A DNA stretch of 64,000 bases from Microgenomates group bacterium Gr01-1014_7 (GTDB lineage Bacteria; Patescibacteriota; Microgenomatia; Daviesbacterales; UBA10151). Under the pieces are notes generated by a model. That model ran no database searches and was not told the origin of the DNA. It saw only the letters and a program-made list of their open reading frames with translations. The stretch is from the NCBI GenBank assembly GCA_007376405.1, contig VMGD01000006.1:19337-83336 (forward strand), in the 5' to 3' direction. Positions 56,042 through 64,000 of this stretch are shown piece by piece. Position 1 is the first letter of the stretch, and each line of letters starts with the position of its first letter. The position numbers and the translations under genes are program-made.

Positions 56042-57565
56042 ATGAGCTCAAGACCGCCGATTGTTACAATTTTAGGCCATGTTGATCATGGTAAAACGAG
56101 CCTTTTGGATTTTATCCGCAAATCTTCCGTTGCTGCAAAAGAACATGGGGGAATAACTCAGCACATTGGAGCCTACCAGATTGAGATTCCGCAGGAATCG
56201 AAATCCCGAGAGAGCGAAGCGAATCGAGAGATCCCTCGACAAGCTCGGGATGATTTTGCGGTAAGCCGCAAAATCACTTTTATAGATACTCCCGGCCATG
56301 TTGCTTTTGAAAAAATGCGCTCCAGGGGGGCTAAAGTAGCCGATATTGCGGTTTTGGTAGTGGCCGCAGATGATGGGATAATGCCTCAAACGATTGAGGC
56401 TATAAAACATATTCAAGAGGCAAAGGTCCCGCTTATTGTGGCAGTTAACAAAATTGATCTGCCGGGAATAAATCTTAAAGTCCAATTGGAAAAGATTAAA
56501 AAACAGCTCTCCGACAGAGAAATTCTGGCAGAGGAATATGGTGGGGATGTGCCAATTGTGCCTTTATCTGCCAAAACAGGTGAGGGAGTTGATAAACTTT
56601 TGGAAACTATTTTACTGGTAGCAGAACTAAATGAGATAAAAGCTGATCCAAATACTGCTGTGGCTGGGGTGGTGATTGAAGCTAATTTGGATAAATTTAA
56701 AGGTCCTGTGGCCACCATCCTTGTACGGAGCGGCACACTTAAGAAAGGGGATGAAATATTGATTGGAGGGGTAAAAAGTAAAATTCGTGGCCTGTTTGAT
56801 TTTTCAGGGAAAAGCGTGACTTTAGTTGGGCCTTCAACCCCGGTTGAGGTTTTAGGTTTGGAGGTTGTGCCGGCGGTGGGGGCCGTATTGGGAGAAGAAC
56901 CAAAGGCTGAAGAAGATTTAAGACAACAACAGACACAATCGCTGGTGGATAAATTAAAACAGGGTCCGGCCAAAACTTTAAAAGTAATTATCAAGGCTGA
57001 TAAGCAGGGGTCGCTGGAAGCTATTCAGGCATCTTTGGAAAAATTCAACGAGGAAAGCCAGGTTATTAATTTTATAGCTTTGGGTACAGGAGACATTGGT
57101 GAGGAAAATATAAAAATGGCAGCCACGGTTGGAGCAATTGTGATTGGATTTAATGTCAAAGTAACTCCCACTACTCAAAAATTGGCAGAAAATGAGCATG
57201 TACTGATCAGAACCTACAATATTATTTATGAACTGTTGGAAGATGTGGAAGAAGTGGTTAATACTTTGCTTGAGGTGGGACAGCTGGAAGAAGTTTTGGG
57301 AAAAGCCAATATTATTGCCGAGTTTCCATATGGTAAAAGTGATCGAGTTGCAGGCTGTAGAATGATTGGAGGAATTATTGCCAAAGGGCAAAGAATTAGA
57401 GTAATCAGGGAAGGTACTCTGATAGGTGAGACAAAACTTAAAGCTTTAAGGAAAGTTAAAGAAGAAGTTAATAAGGTGGAAAAAGGCAACGACTGCGGTA
57501 TGCTCTTTGATCCGCCGGTGGATTTCCAAACAGGAGATGTAATAGAATCTTTCAGGGTTATTTGA
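56042..57565 (+). CDS. infB: translation initiation factor IF-2 (G domain onward; no long N-terminal domain)
   Basis: [23 protein letters not shown]. Carries a roughly 80-nt GC-rich in-frame insertion (56193-56273) between G1 and G3. Confidence 0.9.
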   Translation: MSSRPPIVTILGHVDHGKTSLLDFIRKSSVAAKEHGGITQHIGAYQIEIPQESKSRESEANREIPRQARDDFAVSRKITFIDTPGHVAFEKMRSRGAKVADIAVLVVAADDGIMPQTIEAIKHIQEAKVPLIVAVNKIDLPGINLKVQLEKIKKQLSDREILAEEYGGDVPIVPLSAKTGEGVDKLLETILLVAELNEIKADPNTAVAGVVIEANLDKFKGPVATILVRSGTLKKGDEILIGGVKSKIRGLFDFSGKSVTLVGPSTPVEVLGLEVVPAVGAVLGEEPKAEEDLRQQQTQSLVDKLKQGPAKTLKVIIKADKQGSLEAIQASLEKFNEESQVINFIALGTGDIGEENIKMAATVGAIVIGFNVKVTPTTQKLAENEHVLIRTYNIIYELLEDVEEVVNTLLEVGQLEEVLGKANIIAEFPYGKSDRVAGCRMIGGIIAKGQRIRVIREGTLIGETKLKALRKVKEEVNKVEKGNDCGMLFDPPVDFQTGDVIESFRVI

Positions 57566-57606
57566 AACTTGACTATTATGGGTTATGGGTGTAACATTGC
57601 AGCATA

Positions 57607-58638
57607 GTGAAATACGATCAGCAAATTATAGAGCTTAAAAATCTTCTGCCTACTGCCAAAAACATTTTAATTGCCACATCAGCCGGTGCCGATATAGATA
57701 AACTGGCCGCAGGCCTGGCTTTATTTTTAACTTTTGAGACTGCAGGAAAGCAAGTTAGTATTGCCAGTGATGATAATATCCTGGTTGGCCATACTCATCT
57801 TTTTGGAGTGGATCATGTCCAAAAAACTCTGCCCCAAACAGAAGGTGGGAATTTAACCCTGGTTTTGGAAGGAGTGGCAGCATCAGATAATACGGTTCCT
57901 GCTTTGGAAAAACTGGACTGGTATGCTGAAAACAGTAATTTAAATCTGGTTTTTCATGTTGCTCCTGGCCAAACTTTTCAGCCGGCCAAAATTATTCCCA
58001 AATATCAAGGGTCCGGCTTTAATTTAATTTTTACCGTGGGTGCAGTTAATTTAAATGCTTTGGGCAACATTTATTCAGCCAATATCCAGGCTTTTTCCGG
58101 AACGCATATTGTTAATGTAGATACACAATCGGCCAATACCAGCTTTGGCCAAACCAATGTTTTGGATAGTCAAGCCTCCTCCGTATCCGAAGTGATGGTT
58201 AATTTGCTGTCCGATTTGGGTTTTGCCATGGATGCAGATACTGCCAGTAATTTATTGGCCGGAATCTTTGAAGCAACCAAAGATTTAACGGATACTAAAG
58301 TGACTGCAGATACCTACATGGCTGTGGCCAATTGTTTGCGGGTAGGCGGGAGAAAACCACAGGCTTTGGATACAACTGCACCAACTAACTCAGGTCTGGA
58401 TTTATCCGCTTTGATACCAAAAACTCAAGCACAAACAGTTTCTGATTTTACAGCACCATCCCAACCTCCGATGGATGCCGGGGATCATATTCAACCAATC
58501 CAGCAAGCTGCACAGTCATCTCCCCCGATTCAATCGGGGTCTCCTGAGGAGCGTCCGATGGGAGAAAGAGTTATTTCCGAAACCGTTGAACCCGAATGGT
58601 TGACCCCCAAAATCTTCAAAGGCTCATCAATAGGGTAA
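57607..58638 (+). CDS. hypothetical protein, possibly a degenerate DHH/NrnA-like phosphoesterase
   Basis: Position after infB (where nrnA/rbfA usually lie) and an N-terminal ILIATSAGADIDKLAAGLAL pattern; DHH catalytic motifs not evident. Confidence 0.3.
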   Translation: MKYDQQIIELKNLLPTAKNILIATSAGADIDKLAAGLALFLTFETAGKQVSIASDDNILVGHTHLFGVDHVQKTLPQTEGGNLTLVLEGVAASDNTVPALEKLDWYAENSNLNLVFHVAPGQTFQPAKIIPKYQGSGFNLIFTVGAVNLNALGNIYSANIQAFSGTHIVNVDTQSANTSFGQTNVLDSQASSVSEVMVNLLSDLGFAMDADTASNLLAGIFEATKDLTDTKVTADTYMAVANCLRVGGRKPQALDTTAPTNSGLDLSALIPKTQAQTVSDFTAPSQPPMDAGDHIQPIQQAAQSSPPIQSGSPEERPMGERVISETVEPEWLTPKIFKGSSIG

Positions 58639-58685
58639 AATTTATCTGTATTGACAGGTTTTGTAGTCTTTGGTACAATTTAGTC

Positions 58686-58952
58686 ATGATTAGTAATCAA
58701 GATTTACCAAGAGTTTATACGCCCGAACAGATAGCTGAAATTTTACAGTTAAGTAAAAATACGGTTTACGACCTGATTTCCAGAGGGGAGATTATTGCCA
58801 AAAAGATAGGTAAAGTTTACCGTATACCTGCAAGGTCAATATCTTTTGTATTTTCCGGCTTGGATGATGATTTGTTAAAAGCTGAAAAAGAAGATTTAAA
58901 AAACCTTCCCCGTATTCAGAGGGAAATCTCCAAAATTAGATCAAAACAGTGA
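58686..58952 (+). CDS. excisionase-family helix-turn-helix DNA-binding protein (putative antitoxin of downstream PIN gene)
   Basis: YTPEQIAEILQLSKNTVYDLISRGEIIAKKIGKVYRI matches the MerR-like excisionase-family HTH (TIGR01764). Confidence 0.5.
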   Translation: MISNQDLPRVYTPEQIAEILQLSKNTVYDLISRGEIIAKKIGKVYRIPARSISFVFSGLDDDLLKAEKEDLKNLPRIQREISKIRSKQ

Positions 58953-59365
58953 AACGGAAAAGAGTATTTATCGACTCAAATGTAATTATTTCCTCACTTA
59001 TATCAGAAACAGGAGCTTCACATATTCTATTAAATAACCCAGAGTTGGAATTGTTTGTAACCGATAAATCTGTTGAAGAAATGGAAGAAGTGGCAGATAG
59101 GTTAAGTCTTAGCAAAAAGAAACTAAAGAATTTGATCAAAATGAAATTTAAAGCCATTAAATTAGGAGAATTCAAACAAGATATTGAAAATTATGTTTTG
59201 GATGCGGATGATGCTTTTATTCTGGCTGGATCAAAGAAAGCAAGAGCAAGATTTTTAATCTCGTACAATACTAGACACTTTAAGGCAGATAAGATTGCAC
59301 AGGATCTAAAAATTGTAGTATTAACCCCTGCCCAATTCTTACAGTATTTAAGGTCATTACAATAA
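58949..59365 (+). CDS. PIN domain protein (VapC-like toxin)
   Basis: VFIDSNVIIS, DADDAFILAG, ISYNTRHF with conserved acidic residues; overlaps the upstream HTH gene by 4 nt. Confidence 0.65.
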   Translation: MKRKRVFIDSNVIISSLISETGASHILLNNPELELFVTDKSVEEMEEVADRLSLSKKKLKNLIKMKFKAIKLGEFKQDIENYVLDADDAFILAGSKKARARFLISYNTRHFKADKIAQDLKIVVLTPAQFLQYLRSLQ

Positions 59366-59454
59366 GCGATTCAAGCTATACTTGCATATTTTAAAAGAGT
59401 TTGTTAAGATACGCGCAAATAGAGCAACGTCTTGGCACCGAGGTTGCATCTAGA

Positions 59455-59480
59455 CCCGCCTTCACTAAAGTTTCGGCGGG
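59455..59480 (+). promoter_or_regulatory. stem-loop in rpsO leader (cccgcc-N14-ggcggg), possible S15 autoregulatory element
   Basis: Read from sequence. 15 nt upstream of the rpsO ATG, next to the aggaagg Shine-Dalgarno. A TTGCAT-17-TAAGAT promoter-like sequence lies at 59382-59410. Confidence 0.3.
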
Positions 59481-59494
59481 CAAGGAAGGAAAAG

Positions 59495-59764
59495 ATGCCA
59501 CTTGATCCAAAAATTAAGCAGAAAATAATTAAGGAATTTGCCACAAAGAGCGGTGATACAGGTTCTCCTGAAGTTCAAGTTGCCCTGCTTTCTGAACAGA
59601 TTAAAAACTTAACTTCCCATTTAAAAGAACATACTCATGATATCCATTCAAGGAGGGGTCTTTTGTCTATGGTTAATAAAAGGAGAAGACTTTTGCAATA
59701 TCTTGTAAAAAAGGATGAAGAAAGGTACAAAGTAGTTATAGATAAGTTGGGACTATCAAAGTAG
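59495..59764 (+). CDS. rpsO: 30S ribosomal protein S15
   Basis: [70 protein letters not shown]. Confidence 0.9.
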   Translation: MPLDPKIKQKIIKEFATKSGDTGSPEVQVALLSEQIKNLTSHLKEHTHDIHSRRGLLSMVNKRRRLLQYLVKKDEERYKVVIDKLGLSK

Positions 59765-59874
59765 CCCGGAATATGCTATAATTATTTAATTAAGAAAGAT
59801 TTGGGGATTGCAAAGAAATAATTAATCGGTTTAATTGTTTCTTCCACAGTTTCCAAATCCTCGAAAAAAATGTC

Positions 59875-59894
59875 ATTCCTGCAAAAGCAGGAAT
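59875..59894 (+). promoter_or_regulatory. perfect 8-bp stem-loop (attcctgc-aaaa-gcaggaat) sequestering the pnp Shine-Dalgarno
   Basis: Read from sequence. AGGA at 59889-59892 lies in the 3' arm; the pnp ATG is at 59899. Confidence 0.35.
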
Positions 59895-59898
59895 CCAT

Positions 59899-62256
59899 AT
59901 GAACAAAATAGTTACAAAAGAAATTGACCTTAATGGTCGTAAATTAAAACTAGAAACAGGCAAGCTTGCTACTCAGGCTAATGCTTCAGTAGTTGCCAGC
60001 TGGGGTGAAACTGTTGTTTTGGCAACCGCTACATCAGTGCCCCAGGCAGAAGATGTTGGTTATTTTCCACTTTCGGTCGAATTTGTAGAAAAACACTATG
60101 CCGGTGGGAGGATTTCTTCTTCCAGGTTCATTAAAAGGGAAGCCAGGCCCTCGGATGAGGCTACTTTAACAGGCAGGTTAATTGACCGCTCCATCCGCCC
60201 GCTTTTCCCTAAAGAATATCATGATGAAGTACAAGTGATAGTGACTGTTTTATCAATAGATCAAACAAATGACCCGGATATTTTAGGTTTAATTGCCGCT
60301 TCGGCTGCACTTTCTATCTCATCTGTTCCCTGGCATGGCCCTTTAGGTGTGGCCAGGATTGGTGAAGCCGAAGGCAAATTAATGATCAATCCCACCATAG
60401 AAGAGCTGGAAAATTCCAACCTGGATTTGTTTGTTGCTTCACGTAGCGATAAAGTGGCCATGATTGAAACTAAAGCTAATCAAGTTTCAGACGAGCTGGT
60501 TTTCAGCGCAATTCAAAAAGCTCATGAGCATTCTCAACCCATTATTTCTTTGATTGAGGAGTTTACAGCCGAAGCAGGTAAAGAAAAACAAAACTACTCA
60601 ACTGTGGCAGAAGAGGTCGAAGAAGCGCTACTTAAAGAAGTTAAGGAGATTACCAGAGAGCGGATTGAAAAAGCTTTATTTGATGAAAAAACCGCCTGGC
60701 ATGATTCAATGGCGGATCAAATCAAACAAGAGTTGACCACAAAATATACTGAAGTTTTAACTCCCTTAATTATCTCCGGAGTGTTTGATAAGGTGGCTAA
60801 AGAGATTATGAATGATCTGGTGCTAAAACAGGGGAAGCGGGTTGACAACAGAAAAATGGATGAGGTTAGGCCAATTGAAATTGAAGTTGGAATTTTACCC
60901 AGGACGCACGGTTCTGCTTTGTTTTCCAGAGGAGATTCACAAATATTATCAGTGGTTACCTTAGGCGCACCTTCCCTTGGTCAAACAATAGAGGGCATGG
61001 AAGGAGAGCGAATCAAGAGGTTTATGCATTATTACAATATGAGTATTAATCCTTTTTCAACAGGTGAGGTAAAAAGGATTGGCCCGCCCTCCCGCCGTGA
61101 TGTTGGTCATGGGGCACTGGGAGAAAAAGCGCTTGAGCCGGTTATACCAAAAGAGGATCAATTCCCCTACGCCATCAGGATTGTATCCGAGGTGTTGGGA
61201 GCTAATGCTTCCACTTCCCAGGCGGCAATTTGTGCCTCCAGCTTGGCACTTTTTGATGCCGGAGTTCCGATTGAACCGGTGGCCGGTATAGCTTTGGGTC
61301 TTTTATCGGATGGAGATAAGTTTCAGGTCATTACCGATATGCGGGCAGTGGAGGATTTTTACGGAGAAATGGATTTTAAAGTAGCCGGAACTAAAACCGG
61401 CATTACCGCAATTCAAATGGATACAAAACTGGAAGGGATTAGTTTTGACATTATTGAAGAAGCGCTTAAACAGGGTAAAGCTGCCAGGGAGTTTATTCTG
61501 GATAAGATGAGTAAAGCCATTGCTGTTCCGGGAGAGATGTCTCCTCATGCACCCCGTGTAGAAATTATTCATATTAAACCTGAAGATATTGGAGCTTTAA
61601 TTGGACCGGGAGGTAAAAATATTAATGGTATTATTGCCAAAACCGGAGCTCAAATTGATATTGAGGATGACGGAACAGTGATGGTTTCCGCAACCAATCC
61701 CGAAGCTATTAAAGCAGCAATGGAGGCCATAGAAGGTCAGTTCAAAGAAGTTACTGTTGGGGAAGAGTTTACCGGTAAAGTCGTAAGACTGGCTGCTTTT
61801 GGAGCTTTTGTTAATATTTTACCGGGCAAAGATGGACTGGTGCATATTTCCCAAATGGCTCCTGGCAGAGTGGAGCGAGCGGAAGATGTGGTATCGGAAG
61901 GCCAGGAGGTTAAAGTCAGGGTAACAGATGTCTCACCGGAAGGAAAAATTGGATTGAGCATGCTTTTTGGAGCGGATATTAAACCGGAAAGCGAGGGTAG
62001 GCCCTCAGGTGGAAGTCGCGGATTTGGTGACAGGCCCAGGTTTGGTGATAGACCTAGATTTGGACGACCAGCCTCTGGCTGGGGCGGAAGAGATAGGCGA
62101 CCATCAACCGGTGGGTTTAGAGATAGAGGTTCCGCGTCAGGTGGACGGGGATTTGGCGCTAGACCCTCTTTTGACAGAAGACCCTTCGATAGAACTCAGG
62201 GCAGGCGATCAGGTGGTGACAGAGGTCCCTCCCGCGGCGGACGCAGTGGATATTAA
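59899..62256 (+). CDS. pnp: polynucleotide phosphorylase with C-terminal RG/RGG-rich low-complexity tail
   Basis: Two RNase PH domains, KH (IGPGGKNINGII) and S1 (GKVVRLAAFGAFVNILPGKDGLVHISQM). The last ~90 residues are repeats of GGSRGFGDRPRFGDRPRFGRP...GGRSGY. Confidence 0.95.
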   Translation: MNKIVTKEIDLNGRKLKLETGKLATQANASVVASWGETVVLATATSVPQAEDVGYFPLSVEFVEKHYAGGRISSSRFIKREARPSDEATLTGRLIDRSIRPLFPKEYHDEVQVIVTVLSIDQTNDPDILGLIAASAALSISSVPWHGPLGVARIGEAEGKLMINPTIEELENSNLDLFVASRSDKVAMIETKANQVSDELVFSAIQKAHEHSQPIISLIEEFTAEAGKEKQNYSTVAEEVEEALLKEVKEITRERIEKALFDEKTAWHDSMADQIKQELTTKYTEVLTPLIISGVFDKVAKEIMNDLVLKQGKRVDNRKMDEVRPIEIEVGILPRTHGSALFSRGDSQILSVVTLGAPSLGQTIEGMEGERIKRFMHYYNMSINPFSTGEVKRIGPPSRRDVGHGALGEKALEPVIPKEDQFPYAIRIVSEVLGANASTSQAAICASSLALFDAGVPIEPVAGIALGLLSDGDKFQVITDMRAVEDFYGEMDFKVAGTKTGITAIQMDTKLEGISFDIIEEALKQGKAAREFILDKMSKAIAVPGEMSPHAPRVEIIHIKPEDIGALIGPGGKNINGIIAKTGAQIDIEDDGTVMVSATNPEAIKAAMEAIEGQFKEVTVGEEFTGKVVRLAAFGAFVNILPGKDGLVHISQMAPGRVERAEDVVSEGQEVKVRVTDVSPEGKIGLSMLFGADIKPESEGRPSGGSRGFGDRPRFGDRPRFGRPASGWGGRDRRPSTGGFRDRGSASGGRGFGARPSFDRRPFDRTQGRRSGGDRGPSRGGRSGY

Positions 62257-62305
62257 AATTTCCATTATACTTGACTATTCTTCTTAAATGTGAGAGACTG
62301 GAATC

Positions 62306-62653
62306 ATGTTTGATCCAGTTAAAAATGCCAAGGTATTGGGGGTAGTATATTTGGCATTGGGCTTAATTGGAATTCTTTTTAATGTGTTCTTCTTGGGTTT
62401 GAGTCAACTTTCTTTGGCTTCGGTAATTTCATTTTTATCAACGATTATGATGATGGTAGTAGCTTTTGGACTTTTTAAAACGAAGGCATGGGCGGTGTAT
62501 ACTATTGGGGTTTTGGCTTTCTTGAGTATTATAGGTTTAGTATATGTATACATTACTACTCAAAACATAGGCTCCAGAGATATATTTAACGTGGGTATAA
62601 ATGTGGGAATTTTTATCTGGTTTTATTCAGCTATAAATCGATTTAATAAATAA
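62306..62653 (+). CDS. hypothetical small membrane protein
   Basis: 115 aa, four hydrophobic segments. Confidence 0.4.
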   Translation: MFDPVKNAKVLGVVYLALGLIGILFNVFFLGLSQLSLASVISFLSTIMMMVVAFGLFKTKAWAVYTIGVLAFLSIIGLVYVYITTQNIGSRDIFNVGINVGIFIWFYSAINRFNK

Positions 62654-62654
62654 T

Positions 62655-63317
62655 TTGATTATAATGCTAAAATATATTGGAATTGCTATAGTTGTTGTTT
62701 TGGTGGTAGGTTATTTACTTTTAAATCTCACTATCTTTAAAAAAAGTAGTGAAGTTGCAAAAAATTACTCTTCAACTAAAACGGATCCTGAGGCTAATTT
62801 TAAAAGAAATACTCGTCAAATAGATGCTGGTGCATATTTGTTTGAGATGTTGCCAAATGGCAATATTAAGGTTACAAATAGCGACTACAAGATTGTTTTT
62901 GAGATGCCAGCGGATATGGTAGTTAATGTAACTGGAGGAAGTTCTTCCAATGATAAGCCCGGCGAAATTGTTAATAGAAATCTAGCCATACACTCAAATT
63001 ACAGTAGAAAGTACTATGCAAGCCCGATTATTTCATTTGTGGTGCTTCCTGATCCGACGGGTATTTATGTAGACAGTCGAAGAGATTTGATTGGAGCGAC
63101 ACCAGCTAAATTGGCAAGTTTGGAGGCCCTTAGGTTTACCAGTGAAGATGGAGGTGAAACAATTATTGCTAAAGGTAAAGGTTATTCTTTTTCGCTCGAA
63201 CTAAATCTGAAGCCGATTTTGATTAATGATGATAAACCTTTGACTGGAGATGATATTACGACAGGTAAGGCCGCATTTGAGTTAATAAAAGCAACATTTC
63301 AATATACCGGAAATTAA
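62655..63317 (+). CDS. hypothetical secreted/membrane-anchored protein
   Basis: 220 aa, N-terminal TM anchor. Confidence 0.4.
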   Translation: MIIMLKYIGIAIVVVLVVGYLLLNLTIFKKSSEVAKNYSSTKTDPEANFKRNTRQIDAGAYLFEMLPNGNIKVTNSDYKIVFEMPADMVVNVTGGSSSNDKPGEIVNRNLAIHSNYSRKYYASPIISFVVLPDPTGIYVDSRRDLIGATPAKLASLEALRFTSEDGGETIIAKGKGYSFSLELNLKPILINDDKPLTGDDITTGKAAFELIKATFQYTGN

Positions 63318-63330
63318 TCTATCTAATCAA

Positions 63331-63376
63331 GTCAGTACTTCGTCAGTACATTGTACTGACATAATGTGGTATAATA
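63331..63376 (+). promoter_or_regulatory. operator-like repeats (gtcagtac x2 direct, gtactgac inverted) followed by extended -10 TGgTATAAT
   Basis: Read from sequence. The -10 ends 8 nt before the ATG at 63384, implying a leaderless antitoxin mRNA. Confidence 0.4.
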
Positions 63377-63383
63377 TTTGCAT

Positions 63384-63620
63384 ATGTTTACCCAGAAATT
63401 ATACAAGAATGGAAATTCAGTAGTAGTGAGTATCCCTAAAGAATATTTAAAAAAATACAATTTAAGGGATGGAACGGAAGTGGTTGTAGAAGATAAAGAT
63501 GGAATTGTAGTAACGTCTAAGAAAAAGAATACAGCGTTTATTGATTCTAGATTTGCCAGAATGGTTGATGAATTTATTAATGATCACGAGGATGTTTTGG
63601 CAAAACTTGCAAAAAGGTGA
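63384..63620 (+). CDS. AbrB/MazE-type (SpoVT-AbrB fold) antitoxin
   Basis: MFTQKLYKNGNSVVVSIPKEYLKKYNLRDGTEVVVEDKDGIVV is a swapped-hairpin AbrB/MazE domain. Confidence 0.6.
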   Translation: MFTQKLYKNGNSVVVSIPKEYLKKYNLRDGTEVVVEDKDGIVVTSKKKNTAFIDSRFARMVDEFINDHEDVLAKLAKR

Positions 63621-63889
63621 AAACTTCTAAGGTTCAATATCTTACTGTAGTCCAGGTTTTATTTATTCACGATCAGATGGTTAAACGGTTTGGAGGTTCA
63701 TTTGGAGTTAGGGATTTAGGTTTAATCGAATCGGCTGTTGCCAGGCCAGAGGCCAGTTTTGATGGGCAAGATTTATACACGAATATTTTTGATAAGGCAG
63801 CGGCATTACTACAGTCTCTTCTTAAAAATCATCCCTTTGTGGATGGCAATAACAGCATTTACCTCTGGAGCAAATTTCCAAATGGCTAA
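63617..63889 (+). CDS. Doc/Fic-family death-on-curing toxin, apparently truncated after the HPFxDGN motif
   Basis: LIESAVARPEASFDGQDLY...NHPFVDGNNS resembles Doc (HxFx[DN]GNKR), but the ORF ends at 63889, far shorter than a typical Doc of about 125 aa. Confidence 0.5.
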   Translation: MKTSKVQYLTVVQVLFIHDQMVKRFGGSFGVRDLGLIESAVARPEASFDGQDLYTNIFDKAAALLQSLLKNHPFVDGNNSIYLWSKFPNG

Positions 63890-64000
63890 AAGAGCATTGT
63901 GTAAAATCTAAGAAATAAGTATTAGTTTTTCTTAAAATATTCAGGAAAAGTCCAGGATAAAGTTTTGGGATGAATAATGCCAATGCCTCTAAAAGTTTTA

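Overview
This is an AT-rich window (about 35-40% GC) that looks like a Patescibacteria/CPR-type genome: small proteins, tight and overlapping genes, and pared-down housekeeping proteins. Recognisable housekeeping content: groES(partial)-groEL, tatD, metG, sbcC/sbcD, pepP-like M24 peptidase, uvrD/pcrA, trxA, tpiA, an LCP protein, rpsT, murJ, lepA, nadK, an MFS transporter, hrcA-grpE-dnaK-dnaJ (with a CIRCE-type operator), nusA-infB, rpsO-pnp, and a cell-envelope glycosyltransferase cluster (UbiA/DPPR-synthase-like, MraY/WecA-like GT4, GT2). The main result is two diversity-generating retroelements (DGRs). DGR1 (16038-18426) sits between sbcC and sbcD. DGR2 (41609-44362) is a second cassette with the same layout. 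Both share one architecture: target gene (+) with a C-terminal variable repeat (VR), a template repeat (TR) on the + strand about 300 bp downstream, an Avd-like four-helix-bundle gene on the - strand abutting the TR, and a + strand reverse transcriptase with the DGR-type LGN(L/V)TSQ motif. In each cassette the VR differs from the TR almost only at positions where the TR has adenine (15 A sites plus 1 non-A in DGR1, 20 A sites in DGR2), and TR codons are rich in AAC/AAT. Each cassette has a dinucleotide repeat tract, (GT)6.5 at avd1 and (GA)9.5 at RT2, placed so that a one-unit length change brings an ATG into frame with the gene, so they are candidate slipped-strand on/off switches. There is also a third, standalone Avd-like gene flanked by direct repeats. 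At least seven toxin-antitoxin-like pairs are present. Smaller repeat features: a 14-bp x6 tandem repeat at the dnaK stop, a 21-bp tandem duplication at a gene start, and GC-rich hairpin-forming in-frame insertions in infB, pepP and lepA. No rRNA, tRNA or CRISPR array was recognised.
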